A stretch of 64,000 nucleotides of DNA from an uncultured delta proteobacterium (GTDB lineage Bacteria; Desulfobacterota; Binatia; Bin18), in NCBI GenBank assembly GCA_963733195.1, contig CAVTCR010000007.1, positions 37,305 through 101,304 on the forward strand, given 5' to 3'. The notes beneath the pieces are model-generated. The model saw only the letters and a program-made list of their open reading frames with translations. It made no database searches and was not told the DNA's origin. Each line of letters starts with the position of its first letter. Position 1 is the first letter of the stretch. The position numbers and the translations under genes were made by a program. Positions 10,010-20,554 of the stretch are shown piece by piece.

Positions 10010-11363
10010 AGTAAGGCCTGCTCATTCCGGCCTTCGGCATAGGCAAGCCAAGCAGCCGCCGTGCGTCGCTGAATCTCAACCTGTTCCGCCCAGTAGCTTT
10101 GCTTTGCCTCAGCTAACGCATCGTGGAGGGACTGGAGCTTCTCGACCTCCTTTTGGGCCTGGGCGCTGTCACCGCTGCGGGCAGCGCCAAGGGCACGGGC
10201 AAAATACACATTAGCCTCGGCCCAGCGGTAGCGGCTCCAGGGGAATGTCCTAGGGTGCAACGTTAACGAGGCTGCTTCAGTCCACGCACGCCGTTCGAGC
10301 GCGTAGCGGGCTGGAATCGCTGTAAAGGCATAAGCTGAGCCCCGCTCCTCCGGTTCGGCTTTCTGTACCACCTTGAGGTCGATCAAGAACACCCTTCGCC
10401 TCTTGTTCTTGCGCGCCCTGCAAGTACGCATACACTAGATAGTCTAGGGCAATGCAGCTCTTGAAACCACGTGCGGCCCGGGAACTGCCTTTAATCCATA
10501 CTCTTTGGCGGCAGAGGCAGAGGCGCGGTTCGAGTCAATGGCCTCCTGCCACAGCCCGAGCCGAATAAAGATGTGAGAGGGCATGTGCAGTGCGTGCGGC
10601 GCCGTGGGAGCAATCTTCGCATAGCTGCGGGCGGCGGACCAGTGCCCGGTCCGCCAGCGGTGGGTAGTCGTAACTATGGATGAGGTAGTGCGCCACTCCG
10701 GGATGATTCGGTTCCGCTGTAAACACCTTCTCCAGAATCGCGCCAGCCTTTTGCTGATTCGCGTAGGTCTTGTCGGTCGGCAGCGCCGTCGCGTCGAGCG
10801 CCAGCGTGTAGAAGACCGCCGCCTCGTGATCCTCCGGATAGCGGAGGTACACCTGTTCCATCGCCTTCTCGTAGGCCAGAGCCCGCGTGCGATAGTCACG
10901 CTTATCCGCCTCCTTGTAAAAAGCCTCGATCGCTGCGATATAGTCCCGCTCACGGTCGGTCTTTGCGCCTACGGCTTTTGCCTTGGCGACGGCCTCCCAG
11001 CCGTGCTGCAAAGCCGTTGCGTCAGGTGGTTCCCAGAGGGGATGGTAGAGGCTCATAGCGATGCCCCAGTAGCCCATGGCGCAACCGGGGTCTGTCACGG
11101 TGACTGTGGTAAACGCCTTCCCCGCCTCCTCGAACCAGAAGGAGTGCTGGATGGCGACCGCGCGCTGAAACTGCGCTTGCGCTTCCGCATTGCACGAGAC
11201 GGCAAAGTTCACGGTCCCAAGTTGTTCAGGATTCCCAGCCGGATGCTGGTGTTCTTCGTGCGCTGAGACCCAAGTAGCGAGAGCGAGAATGACCCAAGCA
11301 AACAGCAACCACTGCGAAACTGGCCTGATACCTCTATTACTAGGAGTGGCGTTGTTGGTTCAT
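10010..11363 (-). pseudogene. Secreted TPR-repeat protein, frameshifted and apparently 3'-truncated
   Basis: QLGTVNFAVSC, DPGCAMGYWGIAM, PNHPGVAHYLIHSYD, APHALHMPSHIF motifs over three frames; similarity stops at AEGRNEQAL just before the SPFH gene. Confidence 0.75.
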
Positions 11364-11475
11364 ACAGTTCTCCTTTCGCTAATGCCCGTATTTGCGTGTA
11401 ATACCCAACGCTTACTGGAAGGGACTCAGCTCAATGGTGTGCTTGCACAGGCGTGCAAAATAAGTGCTATTTCAC

Positions 11476-12030
11476 TCATGCCCTAAGCAAGGAGAACGCC
11501 AGGAAGTCCTTCAGGATGCTTTCGCTCCCGTCCTCCGCTCCTCCCTCGAGTGCAGGGTTGAGGCGTTGCCAGACTATCTCTCCGTGGACCGACACGCCTA
11601 CACTCCAATGAGCCTGTCGGAGGGTAGCGGCATGATACGGATGAGGGGAGGTCAACACGCGGACCGTAGGGGCGAGAAGATCGGCCCGAAAGGGAGGTGC
11701 CGCATCTATTTCAAACTCAATCGTGGGACTCTCCTCTTGCAAACCTCTCACACTCAACAACGTGCCCCGACGCATGTAGGTGGTCGTTCCCTGTGGACTC
11801 TGGGCGTAGGACAACACGCTCAGGTCAGGGAAACGTTGCGTGTGTTTGAGCGCCTGGACTAATCTGGTGAGAATGCGCACGACTTGATCCATCCCGTTGA
11901 CCCAGACGGTCTCGGCTTGGGTTTGACTCAAGCGGCTCGCGTGCTGTTGTTGTTCCTGCGCCTGCGTTTTGCGCTCGGCTATAGCAGCCATCTCTTGTGC
12001 CCACGCGGCCAGGGATCGAGAGTTCTCCAT
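11476..12030 (-). CDS. Hypothetical protein
   Basis: 184-aa ORF with AAAGGAG RBS. Confidence 0.7.
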   Translation of the reverse strand: MENSRSLAAWAQEMAAIAERKTQAQEQQQHASRLSQTQAETVWVNGMDQVVRILTRLVQALKHTQRFPDLSVLSYAQSPQGTTTYMRRGTLLSVRGLQEESPTIEFEIDAAPPFRADLLAPTVRVLTSPHPYHAATLRQAHWSVGVSVHGEIVWQRLNPALEGGAEDGSESILKDFLAFSLLRA

Positions 12031-12089
12031 AGAGCGATTTCTCCTTTTCGGTCGGCCCGCCGAGCGGTTGCATGGGGCCGTTCCCTGCT

Positions 12090-12280
12090 AAACCAGAAGG
12101 CATGACATTGGTACACTTTACGATACGACTACTCTGCCATGTCATTCTGAGTGCAGCGAAGAACCCTTCGACTGCGCTCACCTGTGCCTGCGGCACTGGC
12201 TCAGGCAGGACAGGTCTCTCTGAGACCCTTCACTTCGTTCAGGGTGACAACTCCGGCGTGCCAATCTCTTGCAGTCCGGT
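12090..12280. repeat. MITE/REP-like element copy B
   Basis: gacattggtacact...TGTCATTCTGAG...CACTTCGTTCAGGGTGACAA; similar to 9050-9212. Confidence 0.65.
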
Positions 12281-12631
12281 TTAGGCCAGCGCATCGCGGG
12301 CGTCGTGGACTTCGGGGAGCTGCCCCAGCGCCTGGGCAAAGTGGTGCACGGTGTCGTGATGATCCGTGTCGTCCAGGAACGCCTGCCAGGCTTTCTTATG
12401 AGTCTTCAGAAACGCCTCTCCTTTTGGAGTGAGGCGAAAGGGTGACGCTCCGACCCTGGAGCAGATCAAATCTTTGCGCCACAGCGCGCCGGTCGCGGCA
12501 CCGACCGCTGCCTTGCCACGCACGTCGCCCCAATACCAGCCTGAGGTACGTGAGTCCGTCTGTACGGCTTCCAGCACTTCTAAGCAGTGCACTGTCTGTC
12601 CGACATCCATTTCTAATAGTTGGTTCATCAT
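12281..12631 (-). CDS. Hypothetical protein
   Basis: 116-aa ORF with AGAGGAG RBS. Confidence 0.65.
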   Translation of the reverse strand: MMNQLLEMDVGQTVHCLEVLEAVQTDSRTSGWYWGDVRGKAAVGAATGALWRKDLICSRVGASPFRLTPKGEAFLKTHKKAWQAFLDDTDHHDTVHHFAQALGQLPEVHDARDALA

Positions 12632-12878
12632 AGCTCCTCTTATTTCACGCGCTGTCTGTACACTCGCGTGAGGTTAATGGTGGAGACTCGCGTTTCTTCG
12701 TACTCGATTTTCGCTCTGAAGAGCGAGCCCTACGTTAAGAGTTATCGCACTCGTTCGGTAGCAAAGAGAGGCTTTTGCACTGAGAAGCAGAGACAGACCC
12801 GACAGAAGATAATCCTCCACCACCGCCAGAGTTGTCCGATATGTCCGCATTTCCTACACATAGTGCCTCGCTGTCTAT

Positions 12879-13343
12879 TTACATGTGCACGCGTAACACC
12901 CGAGGAGTGGTAACGAAACGGCGAATCTTCTTGAGTGGCACGTTCCTCCAGGACGGGAGGTCCCGCAGTAACGCTTCTCGAACCGCTACAGGCTCTAGTC
13001 CAAGTACCTCACAAATAGATACGAACGCAAATGGCCAGTGGACATCTTCACTCAAAAACCAGGCCTCCGCCTCTTGTGCCAAGCGTCGGCCCCGGTGTCC
13101 TGTCGAGATAAAATGACCTTGCAGACACAGCAGTGCATCTTCCAGTACTGCCCGCATCAGCGCTGCCTCGGGACATAGAGTGCCCACGTTCACACGAGGG
13201 CCGAAGAATTGCTCTGGGAGGAGACTGTCGTCGGGTATTTGCGCACGTCGCCGATTCACAGCGGCAGCCGCGGCGGGAACAGCGCGTGTTGGTACGATGC
13301 GGAGTAATGGACTGCGGGAAGCGAGGAAACCTGTGGTACTCAT
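12879..13343 (-). CDS. Conserved hypothetical protein (LPEQFF...LMRAVLEDA...WPFAFVSICEVLGL family)
   Basis: Motif pattern recognised from a paralogous family of unknown function. Confidence 0.75.
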   Translation of the reverse strand: MSTTGFLASRSPLLRIVPTRAVPAAAAAVNRRRAQIPDDSLLPEQFFGPRVNVGTLCPEAALMRAVLEDALLCLQGHFISTGHRGRRLAQEAEAWFLSEDVHWPFAFVSICEVLGLEPVAVREALLRDLPSWRNVPLKKIRRFVTTPRVLRVHM

Positions 13344-13436
13344 ATTAGCCTTTTGTCGTGTTCGCCTTGGCAACAATAGTGAGGAGTGAGGTACAATAGG
13401 ACTGCTTCGAGAAGAATAGGTGCGTCCTGTCTTCTT

Positions 13437-14654
13437 TTACCTTTTTACCACCACCAGTTCCAAGCGACGGTTTTTCGCCCGTCCCTCTTCGGTATCGTTT
13501 GACGCGCGGGGATGGGCCTGGCCGTAGCCCGCGGTCGTCAGGCGGGGTGCGTCAATTCCTCTACGAATTAGCGCGGCTTTCACTGCTTCCGCTTGGTCCA
13601 GGGATAACTTCGTGTTACCCGCAATGTCACCCCTGCTGTCACTATACCCGTCGAGCTGCACCTCCGTCGTTGGATAGGCTGTCAGGATGGTGCTCAGCTC
13701 CTTCACGGTCTGTTCCGACTCAGGCGTTAGGGTTGGTGTGCCGGAGATGAAGTAGACATGGTCAAAGACAAAGGTCTTGGGAACTACCGTCGCCGTGGCG
13801 TCTCCTAAAAACGTGGCGAGGTTGGAGGTAAAGGAGCCTGCTCGCAAGGAGAGGACGGCTCCATCTGGTAGCGTGACCGTTGAACGTGTTGTTGGCGATC
13901 CCAGTGCAAGTTTTGCTATCTGGGGTGAGGCGGATGTCCGTAGCAGCGTAGCCTCTGTCCCTTGTCCCCATAACAAATAGACCACACTCAGCGCCACGAC
14001 GCCGAGAAGCAGTGCCCACCATGGCGGCCACGCACTTCTTTCGCCTCTTTTTTCCCACGTCGCCCACGTTTTTTCGTTCGGTGCCATCCATGTTGTCGTA
14101 CCAGGACGCTCTGCGCCGAGATTCGTCCCAAGAACGCTGGCCAACCCCGCCGGCGCTAGTTCCGCGATGCCCTCCTTCTGGCCCAGTAGCAACGTTGTGA
14201 GCCCGACAGCGTTGAGTCCCTGCGCCGTCCGTGCGCGCGCGACAACACCCAAGACCACGGGTGCCGCTAGGCTCAGCAGAGACGACGCAGAGGTATTTTT
14301 GATGCCACTTGACGTGGTAATCAACTCACTCACGGCAGGCAGCTTACCAGCGAACACCAAGCTCAGAATGTTCCGGCCGGAGCTCATCATCCTCTCCGCT
14401 GTGTTGCCCTCATTCAGCAAGCCAGACAGGTTGTTTAAGACATTCCCATAATCGCCGTGGGTGATGAGATCAACGAGTTGGGTGGCACCGCTTCCGGAGG
14501 AAGAGAAATTCATAACGCCAGCGAGCAGGGTGGGCAGAACCTCGTCGACGGCCTTTTGCGTATTGACCGGGCTCTCACCCAGGAGCGAGCTGAGATGTTG
14601 CACCATATCGGGAGTCAACTGTGTTTTGATATCGCTTAACAAACTTGTAGCCAT
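13437..14654 (-). CDS. DUF937-like N-terminal domain + TM + OmpA-like peptidoglycan-binding domain protein
   Basis: N-terminal helical domain, TM segment (WWALLLGVVALSVVYLLW), C-terminal GYSDSRG...GYGQAHPRASNDTEEGRAKNRRLEL. Confidence 0.9.
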   Translation of the reverse strand: MATSLLSDIKTQLTPDMVQHLSSLLGESPVNTQKAVDEVLPTLLAGVMNFSSSGSGATQLVDLITHGDYGNVLNNLSGLLNEGNTAERMMSSGRNILSLVFAGKLPAVSELITTSSGIKNTSASSLLSLAAPVVLGVVARARTAQGLNAVGLTTLLLGQKEGIAELAPAGLASVLGTNLGAERPGTTTWMAPNEKTWATWEKRGERSAWPPWWALLLGVVALSVVYLLWGQGTEATLLRTSASPQIAKLALGSPTTRSTVTLPDGAVLSLRAGSFTSNLATFLGDATATVVPKTFVFDHVYFISGTPTLTPESEQTVKELSTILTAYPTTEVQLDGYSDSRGDIAGNTKLSLDQAEAVKAALIRRGIDAPRLTTAGYGQAHPRASNDTEEGRAKNRRLELVVVKR

Positions 14655-14802
14655 AGATTCCTTCCTCTGAGAGACTCCAGGCCTCTCTGCAAATGGTAGG
14701 GTGGGCACCCCACGTGCGTATCGGCAATGGGGTATTGAGAAATCGGTAACGAGAACGCTACTTACGAAACGCTTCTCGTTTCGGGTGCCTATTGGTCCCT
14801 AG

Positions 14803-14871
14803 ATAATAAGCTCAGCATTCTGCGGCGTCTGTGAGAATCGTGCTGAAAATGTTGTAATCTTGCGATAATCG
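14803..14871 (-). promoter_or_regulatory. Repeated promoter/operator module, copy 4 (upstream of the OmpA-family gene)
   Basis: GCAAGATTA-N11-GCACGATTC, CAGACG-N17-TATTAT. Confidence 0.7.
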
Positions 14872-14994
14872 TGTGGGGGAGAGGAAAGAGCATCAGTCCT
14901 GATGTACGAGCGCACGCGCAGCTTCTGGTAGACCTGGTTTTCGTTTTAAGGCCAAATGTCGGTTTTTTGGGCTGCCCTGCTCCGCGTATGGGTT

Positions 14995-15190
14995 CCTTCT
15001 CCCTGTGGGGGAAGGTCACGGATGAGGGAAGCAAGAAGCAAGAAGTCCCTTGTTTCACCCCCTCACCCTAAGTACAATCGTCAGTGTGAGAGGATGAGGG
15101 GTTGTCATTGCGAGCTAGCGAAGCAATCTCTGTGGAGGGAGTGTGGGTTACAGAGATTGGCTTAGGACGTCGCTCACGCTCCTCGCAACT
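14995..15190. repeat. Cluster of REP-like palindromes
   Basis: ccttctccctgtgggggaagg hairpin and gtcattgcgag...gcgaagcaatctc...gagattg...ctcgcaa element. Confidence 0.55.
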
Positions 15191-15384
15191 GAACCCCTCA
15201 ACCGACCACCCGGACGCAGCTACCTAAATGCGCCAGGCCCACACGAGCGTCTAGGGCACACGACCGATACCGAAACCGCTCATCCTGAGCGTACCGCAGC
15301 GAAGTCGAAAGGCGGGCAGAGATCTTTACGGCACATCTCATTTAGGTTCACTATATGTCTGTTAGGAGCACTATGACCGCAGCG

Positions 15385-15654
15385 TCAGGCGACACGATTT
15401 GGTCTCCGCATGAAGCTCACCAACCACAGCAGCAAAGAGGACCCTATGATAGCGGTCACCCAACTCCCCAGACTCCAAAACTGATAAGGATCGGGATCCT
15501 GGGTAAGCATTCCCCATAAAAAGCCACCGAGGACGGCGCCGACAACGCCAACAATGATATTGAGCAGGATTCCTTGCTGGGCGTCGGTGCCCATGATTTT
15601 ACTAGCAATCCAACCAACCAGACCGCCGAAGATTAACCAACCGATGATACTCAT
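15385..15654 (-). CDS. GlsB/YeaQ/YmgE family stress-response membrane protein
   Basis: IIGWLIFGGLVGWIASKIM...ILLNIIVGVVGAVLGGFL...AIIGS pattern. Confidence 0.92.
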   Translation of the reverse strand: MSIIGWLIFGGLVGWIASKIMGTDAQQGILLNIIVGVVGAVLGGFLWGMLTQDPDPYQFWSLGSWVTAIIGSSLLLWLVSFMRRPNRVA

Positions 15655-15805
15655 ATGTCTATCCTTTCCAATCTAACAGCAAATCCGCATTGGACAGCTA
15701 AGCCGTCACGTTTTTCGAGCATATCGCGCAGCCACTTTGTTCTCTTTGTCACTAGAAGTTTACTTGACAAGTCCCACTAACCTCCTGAAGGACAGACCAC
15801 AGGAA

Positions 15806-16018
15806 TTACTTTGTCTTGTCAGTGACGGCACGATCGAGTTCTTTCCCGGCCTTCTCTGCCGGCCCAGGCGGATTCACCGCGTCTTTCATCTTTTCAACCG
15901 CTTGGTCGACCTCTTTGCCAGCCCGCTCGGCTGGTCCTTGACGCTCACAGCCGGTAGCCAGGAACGCACCACCGATTATTAGTGTGGTACCCAATACTAT
16001 TGCTGCGATCTTTTTCAC
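15806..16018 (-). CDS. Small lipoprotein with GPAERAGKEVD repeats
   Basis: Signal peptide with lipobox-like ATGC; duplicated GPAE(R/K)AGKE motif. Confidence 0.85.
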   Translation of the reverse strand: MKKIAAIVLGTTLIIGGAFLATGCERQGPAERAGKEVDQAVEKMKDAVNPPGPAEKAGKELDRAVTDKTK

Positions 16019-16079
16019 TGTGATTCTCCCTTCTGCTCCGCACGCGCTGTCTGCGTGTGCAGTTTTTAATGACGTGCTT

Positions 16080-16259
16080 CTAGAGTTCGTGCTTCACGAC
16101 CGATCCGTGACGCCCGGTGATCAGGCTGACGGTGGACCCGACTAAAAAGACGACAAACAAGATCCAGGCGATATGACTGGCAGTCCCGGCTAAGCCAGTA
16201 AATCCTAGTACAGCGGCGATCAGTGCAAGAATGAGAAACGTCATTGTCCAAGTTAACAT
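16080..16259 (-). CDS. DUF1328 (YtjA/UPF0391) small membrane protein, 59 aa
   Basis: Own translation [40 protein letters not shown]...; AGGAGAGG RBS; not in the ORF track. Confidence 0.9.
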   Translation of the reverse strand: MLTWTMTFLILALIAAVLGFTGLAGTASHIAWILFVVFLVGSTVSLITGRHGSVVKHEL

Positions 16260-16310
16260 AAGGTTATCCTCTCCTTTCTGTAATGAGAGTGCTTACCAAA
16301 AACGTCCAAG

Positions 16311-16554
16311 TCCAGTTCAACATGTAATGACCCTCCTTTCTGTGTTTTTTTGCTATTCGTGTGGTGTTCCGGTGACTTGCTGATTGCGGACCGCATTACT
16401 TCACCTGCGCGTGCGGCCACCGACTGTGGTCTCGTAGGGAAAGGGTGAGGGGTCCGAGCCAGGCGAGACCTTTTTCTACTTGTTCCCAATGTAAGCTGGT
16501 GGTGTGCGTCGTCTGTGAGATTCCTGCTACGAATGTTGGAATCCTGCGATAATC
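16311..16554. repeat. Direct repeat copy 2 of 1-245
   Basis: Only a few substitutions and one indel relative to 1-245. Confidence 0.95.
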
Positions 16555-16555
16555 G
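16488..16555 (-). promoter_or_regulatory. Repeated promoter/operator module, copy 5
   Basis: GCAGGATTC-N11-GCAGGAATC, CAGACG-N16-TACATT. Confidence 0.72.
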
Positions 16556-16740
16556 TGTGGGGGAGAGGAAAGACCCTCTGCCCTAACGTTTCGATCGACA
16601 TTCACGGGGAACCACTGAGCGGAACTTCACTCTGTTGCCATTTGCATGTTGCCTTTTGCCCCTTTGTGAAAGGCTGTCTTGACACTACACAAGCGGCTGT
16701 GATGAAGAGAGACCGACCATATCTAAGAGGAGGTGAACGT

Positions 16741-17482
16741 ATGGATATCAAAACCGAACGTGTCAGCATCGGCCTTGACGGAAAAACGATGAGCGCCTAT
16801 ATGGCGCGTCCGAACGACGACGCGCAGCACCCGGCTGTGCTCGTGTACATGGAAATCTTTGGTGTGAACTCTCACATTCGTGATGTCACTGATCGTGTGG
16901 CTCGTGAGGGGTATGTCGCGCTCGCTCCAGACTTCTTTCACCGGTACCGGACCGGGAGTAGAATACGGATACGATGAGACTGGAATGACCGAAGGCATCA
17001 AGCTCTTAACTCAACTCAAGGCAAGTGAGATCGTTGCCGATGCCCGTGCGTCGTTATCGTTCCTGAAGCGGAAGAATTTTGTCAAAGGCGATAAGATCGG
17101 CGCGATGGGCTTCTGTGTCGGCGGGCATGTAACCTATCTCACTGCGTGTGAAACTGAAATCAAGGCTGCGGCCAGCTTTTATGGTGGCGGAATCGCCGGA
17201 GAAAAAGGCTTCGGTGGAGAGCCTTCGACTATCGGGCGCACCAACAAGATTACCGGCAAAATTATCTGTTTCTTTGGTGCCAAGGATGCACATATTCCTA
17301 TGGATCAGGTCAATGCTGTTCGTGCCGAGCTGGAAAAGCAGAAAATCCGACACGAAGTAATTGTGTATCCGAACGCTGACCACGGCTTCTTCTGCGACCA
17401 GCGTGCATCGTATGACAAGGCATCAGCAGATGATGCCTGGGCGAAAGTGAAGAAGTTGTTTGCGGAAGAGTTGGGGAAGTAA
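16741..17482 (+). CDS. Dienelactone hydrolase family protein (one frameshift near 16950)
   Basis: EIFGVNSHIRDV, GAMGFCVGG nucleophile motif, YPNADHGFFCDQR. Confidence 0.92.
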
Positions 17483-17618
17483 GAAAAGATGGACTGTAGG
17501 TTCCCTCTCATTGGGAGAGGCAGGGCAACTGGGAGAAAAGATTGCTTCGCTCTCTCCATGACGTTTCCGTAGTCGGAGGAGGGCAGGGTGAGGGAACTGT
17601 AAGAAAGGTGAAGAAGCC

Positions 17619-18431
17619 ATGGGTGTTCTCAACGGCAAAGTTGCAATCGTTACTGGCGCGGGGCGATTACGCGGTATTGGTCGTGCAGCAGCGCTAGCCT
17701 TGGCTGAGCTTGGAGCGGACGTTGTGGTGACTGGTACAGGCCGCGATCCTGCGAAGTATCCGCCGGATGAAAAAGCTGCTGGATGGCGTGATATTGAGAG
17801 CACAGCGGAACAAGTGCGTCAGCAGGGGCGGCGCTGTTTGCCGATTGTGGCTGATGTGATGAAAAGCGACGACGTGAAACGCACGATCGCTGCGACGCTC
17901 AAAGAATTTGGCCGTATCGATTTCTTGATCAATAATTCTGCTTTCGCTCGAGGGGCTGATCGGGTACCGCTGCTCGAACTTTCCGAAGAGTTGTGGCATC
18001 AAGTATTGGAGATCAAGCTCACGGGAAGTTTTCTGATGAGCCGTGAGGTTTTGCCGACGATGATAAAGCAGCAGCAAGGTGGGGCGATTATCAACGTGTC
18101 TTCGATCGCAGGAAAACGCGGCTTTGCCAATACGACGGCGTACTGTACCTCGAACTTTGGCATTCAAGGATTCACGCAAGCTTTGGCCATGGAAGTGGCA
18201 CCGCATCAGATCCGCGTTAACGCAGTGTGTCCGGGAATTATTGACACTGCACGGATGGATGTCGTCGGTCGTGGTGAAGCGTGGGATAAGAGTATTGAGC
18301 AAATGGTTCCTTTGCGACGAGCGGGAACAGACGAAGAAATTGGGAAATTTATTGCTTATCTCTGCACGTCGGATGCGTCATACATTACCGGCCAGTCTCT
18401 GAATATCGATGGCGGAGCTGTCATGTGGTAG
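17619..18431 (+). CDS. SDR family oxidoreductase
   Basis: TGAGRLRGIG, NVSSIAG, AYCTSN, YITGQSLNIDGG. Confidence 0.93.
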   Translation: MGVLNGKVAIVTGAGRLRGIGRAAALALAELGADVVVTGTGRDPAKYPPDEKAAGWRDIESTAEQVRQQGRRCLPIVADVMKSDDVKRTIAATLKEFGRIDFLINNSAFARGADRVPLLELSEELWHQVLEIKLTGSFLMSREVLPTMIKQQQGGAIINVSSIAGKRGFANTTAYCTSNFGIQGFTQALAMEVAPHQIRVNAVCPGIIDTARMDVVGRGEAWDKSIEQMVPLRRAGTDEEIGKFIAYLCTSDASYITGQSLNIDGGAVMW

Positions 18432-18436
18432 CACGT

Positions 18437-20468
18437 TTACGCCAGCCGCACAGTCAAAATATCTCTTCTCGCATCCACATGCCCGATGGCAACGTGTACA
18501 TTCGTGCCGAGCGGTAGGGGTGGAGAAGCGTTCACGGCAACGATCAGTAGCGTCTCGTCGAGTTCGATAAAGCTGCGGCCATATTGTTCGCGGACGACCT
18601 GCCCCTGAACGACACGCCCTTTCTGTTTCTCTAAATAGCGTAACAGCCAGTAGCGTGTGCTTTCACGCTCGCAACGCCTCGCGTTGCCACTGGCCTCTTG
18701 GGCACCAGCGGCGATGATCTGCAACTGTTCTTCACTGAATAGCGCCGTCCCGTGAGTCAGATGATGCTTAATCTGATGCTGCATTTGCAGGTCGTGATAG
18801 CGGCGCAACGGCGATGTCGCCTGCGTATAGACGCTTAAGCCAAGGGCGGCATGAGCCGCTGGAGTCGTACCCATCTGGGAGGGTTTCATCGCCCGCCGCG
18901 CCGTGTGCACGTGCACGCGCTGAGTAGGGAAGGTAGTTAAGGCTGGTACAGGCTCATCTGGTTGTGGTTGGGCAATGTACAACGCAGGCAACTGATGGAC
19001 GTGACAATAGCGTGCGGCCATCTCATTCGCGAGGATCATGCATTCACTTACTAAGGCGCGTGAGGGTGAATCTGGCGGAAACACGGCAACGGAAATTTCA
19101 CCATTTGTCACTCGGACTTTGACTTCTTCGCCTTCGATAATAACTGCGCCTTGAGCGACCCGCAGTGCTTTCCGTGCCTGTGTGATACGTAACAGACTGT
19201 ACAAGGCCGAGGCGCACGGGTCAGTCTCCTTCGTCATTCCGCAGCAGGGTGTCAGCTTCGCCATAGGTGAGTCGGCGGCCTACACGCAGAACGCCACGAC
19301 AGATACGCTCATCATGAATGTTCCCTTCTTCGTCGATGTGAGCGAAGAAACTGAGGGAGGGGCGGAGGGAGCCTGCACAGAGACTGGCTTTTTCTTCACT
19401 CAGGATAGGAGGAAGCATAGGAAGCTTGCGCCCAGGGAGATACACCGAAGTGCCACGAGCAAGCGCAGCTTTGTCGAGTTCACTCCCTGGCGGGACAAAA
19501 TAGCCAACATCGGTGATGTGGATGCCGACGATGATCTTGCCTTCCTCTACGTGGATACTGAGCGCGTCATCAATATCCGTTGTCTCAGCGTCGTCGATGG
19601 TAAACGTCAACAGCGATGACAGATCGGTATAATTTTGTGTATCAGGAGAAAATGTTGGGGCGTCTTCTGCCGCTTGTAAGACTTCAGCGGAAAATCGTGT
19701 AGGAATCTGATAGCGTAAAAGACTTAACTCCTCATCAGGCGTCCATACGCCGAGAGCAACCAGCAATTGAAACGCGACATCCCAAGGATGGCCTTTGCTG
19801 CGAAACCCAATCTCATCAAGCAGCTTGAGGGCCTGTGTTCTTTTGTCATAGAACTCACCGTGCAAGGCGAGGCCCTTGATCAAATCAAGGTAGCGATCTG
19901 CACCGCTTGGTGGTGCAACGGAATGTGGTCCGGCCAATTGTGCTCGTAGCCAGGCGAAGAACCCTTCTTGAGCCTGAGCGCGCTCTTGTTCTCGTTGCTG
20001 TTGGTGAAGGACTTCCTCGATGCTTTTGGCATCACGCAGAGTAAACTCTCCGGCTTTGCGTTCCTTGAAATACAAATTCTGACCGTACAGTGCTTCGAGG
20101 ACACCGGCGGTGGCAATTGGGGTGTCTTGCGCAGACAGCACAAGACTGGCGAGTTCCCTCCACGGCCAGGCTTCCGTGGTTTCCTCTCGTAGTAGCTCCC
20201 ATAACTCTTTGAGATCAACAGTCTGGGCAGAGGAACGAATCTGCTCGTGCAACGACTGTAATTGTTTTTTCAGTTCGGCTGACGGTCCGGCAAGCACCAG
20301 GGTCTGTTTGCAATCAAACATGATCCGGTCTTGGGTGAGGGTGGTTTTTTTCCCATCCTCAGCTGTGAGTTCGACTCGCACCGTATCTGAGGAAGAGGAG
20401 ATCTTGTGTACAACACCCAGAATCAGGTGGCCGTGCTCACGATAAACAACAACGCTTCCGCTCTGCAT
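18437..20468 (-). CDS. RNB-domain exoribonuclease (RNase II/R family), one frameshift near 19230
   Basis: FTIDDAETTDIDDALS, ARGTSVYLP, ECMILAN, TSPLRRYHDL. Confidence 0.92.
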
Positions 20469-20554
20469 AGTGGTAAATTTCTGTATCCAGCAAGGACGTG
20501 CAATGATGCGTTCAACCGATGAGACCCTTGCTTCTTCTGTAATGCCCGCCAATA

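Noticed and set aside
178-16555. Repeated ~45-bp motif as a CRISPR array or integron attC sites
   Set aside because: Copies are kilobases apart, sit upstream of gene starts, lack attC RYYYAAC/GTTRRRY ends, and no cas or integrase gene is present.
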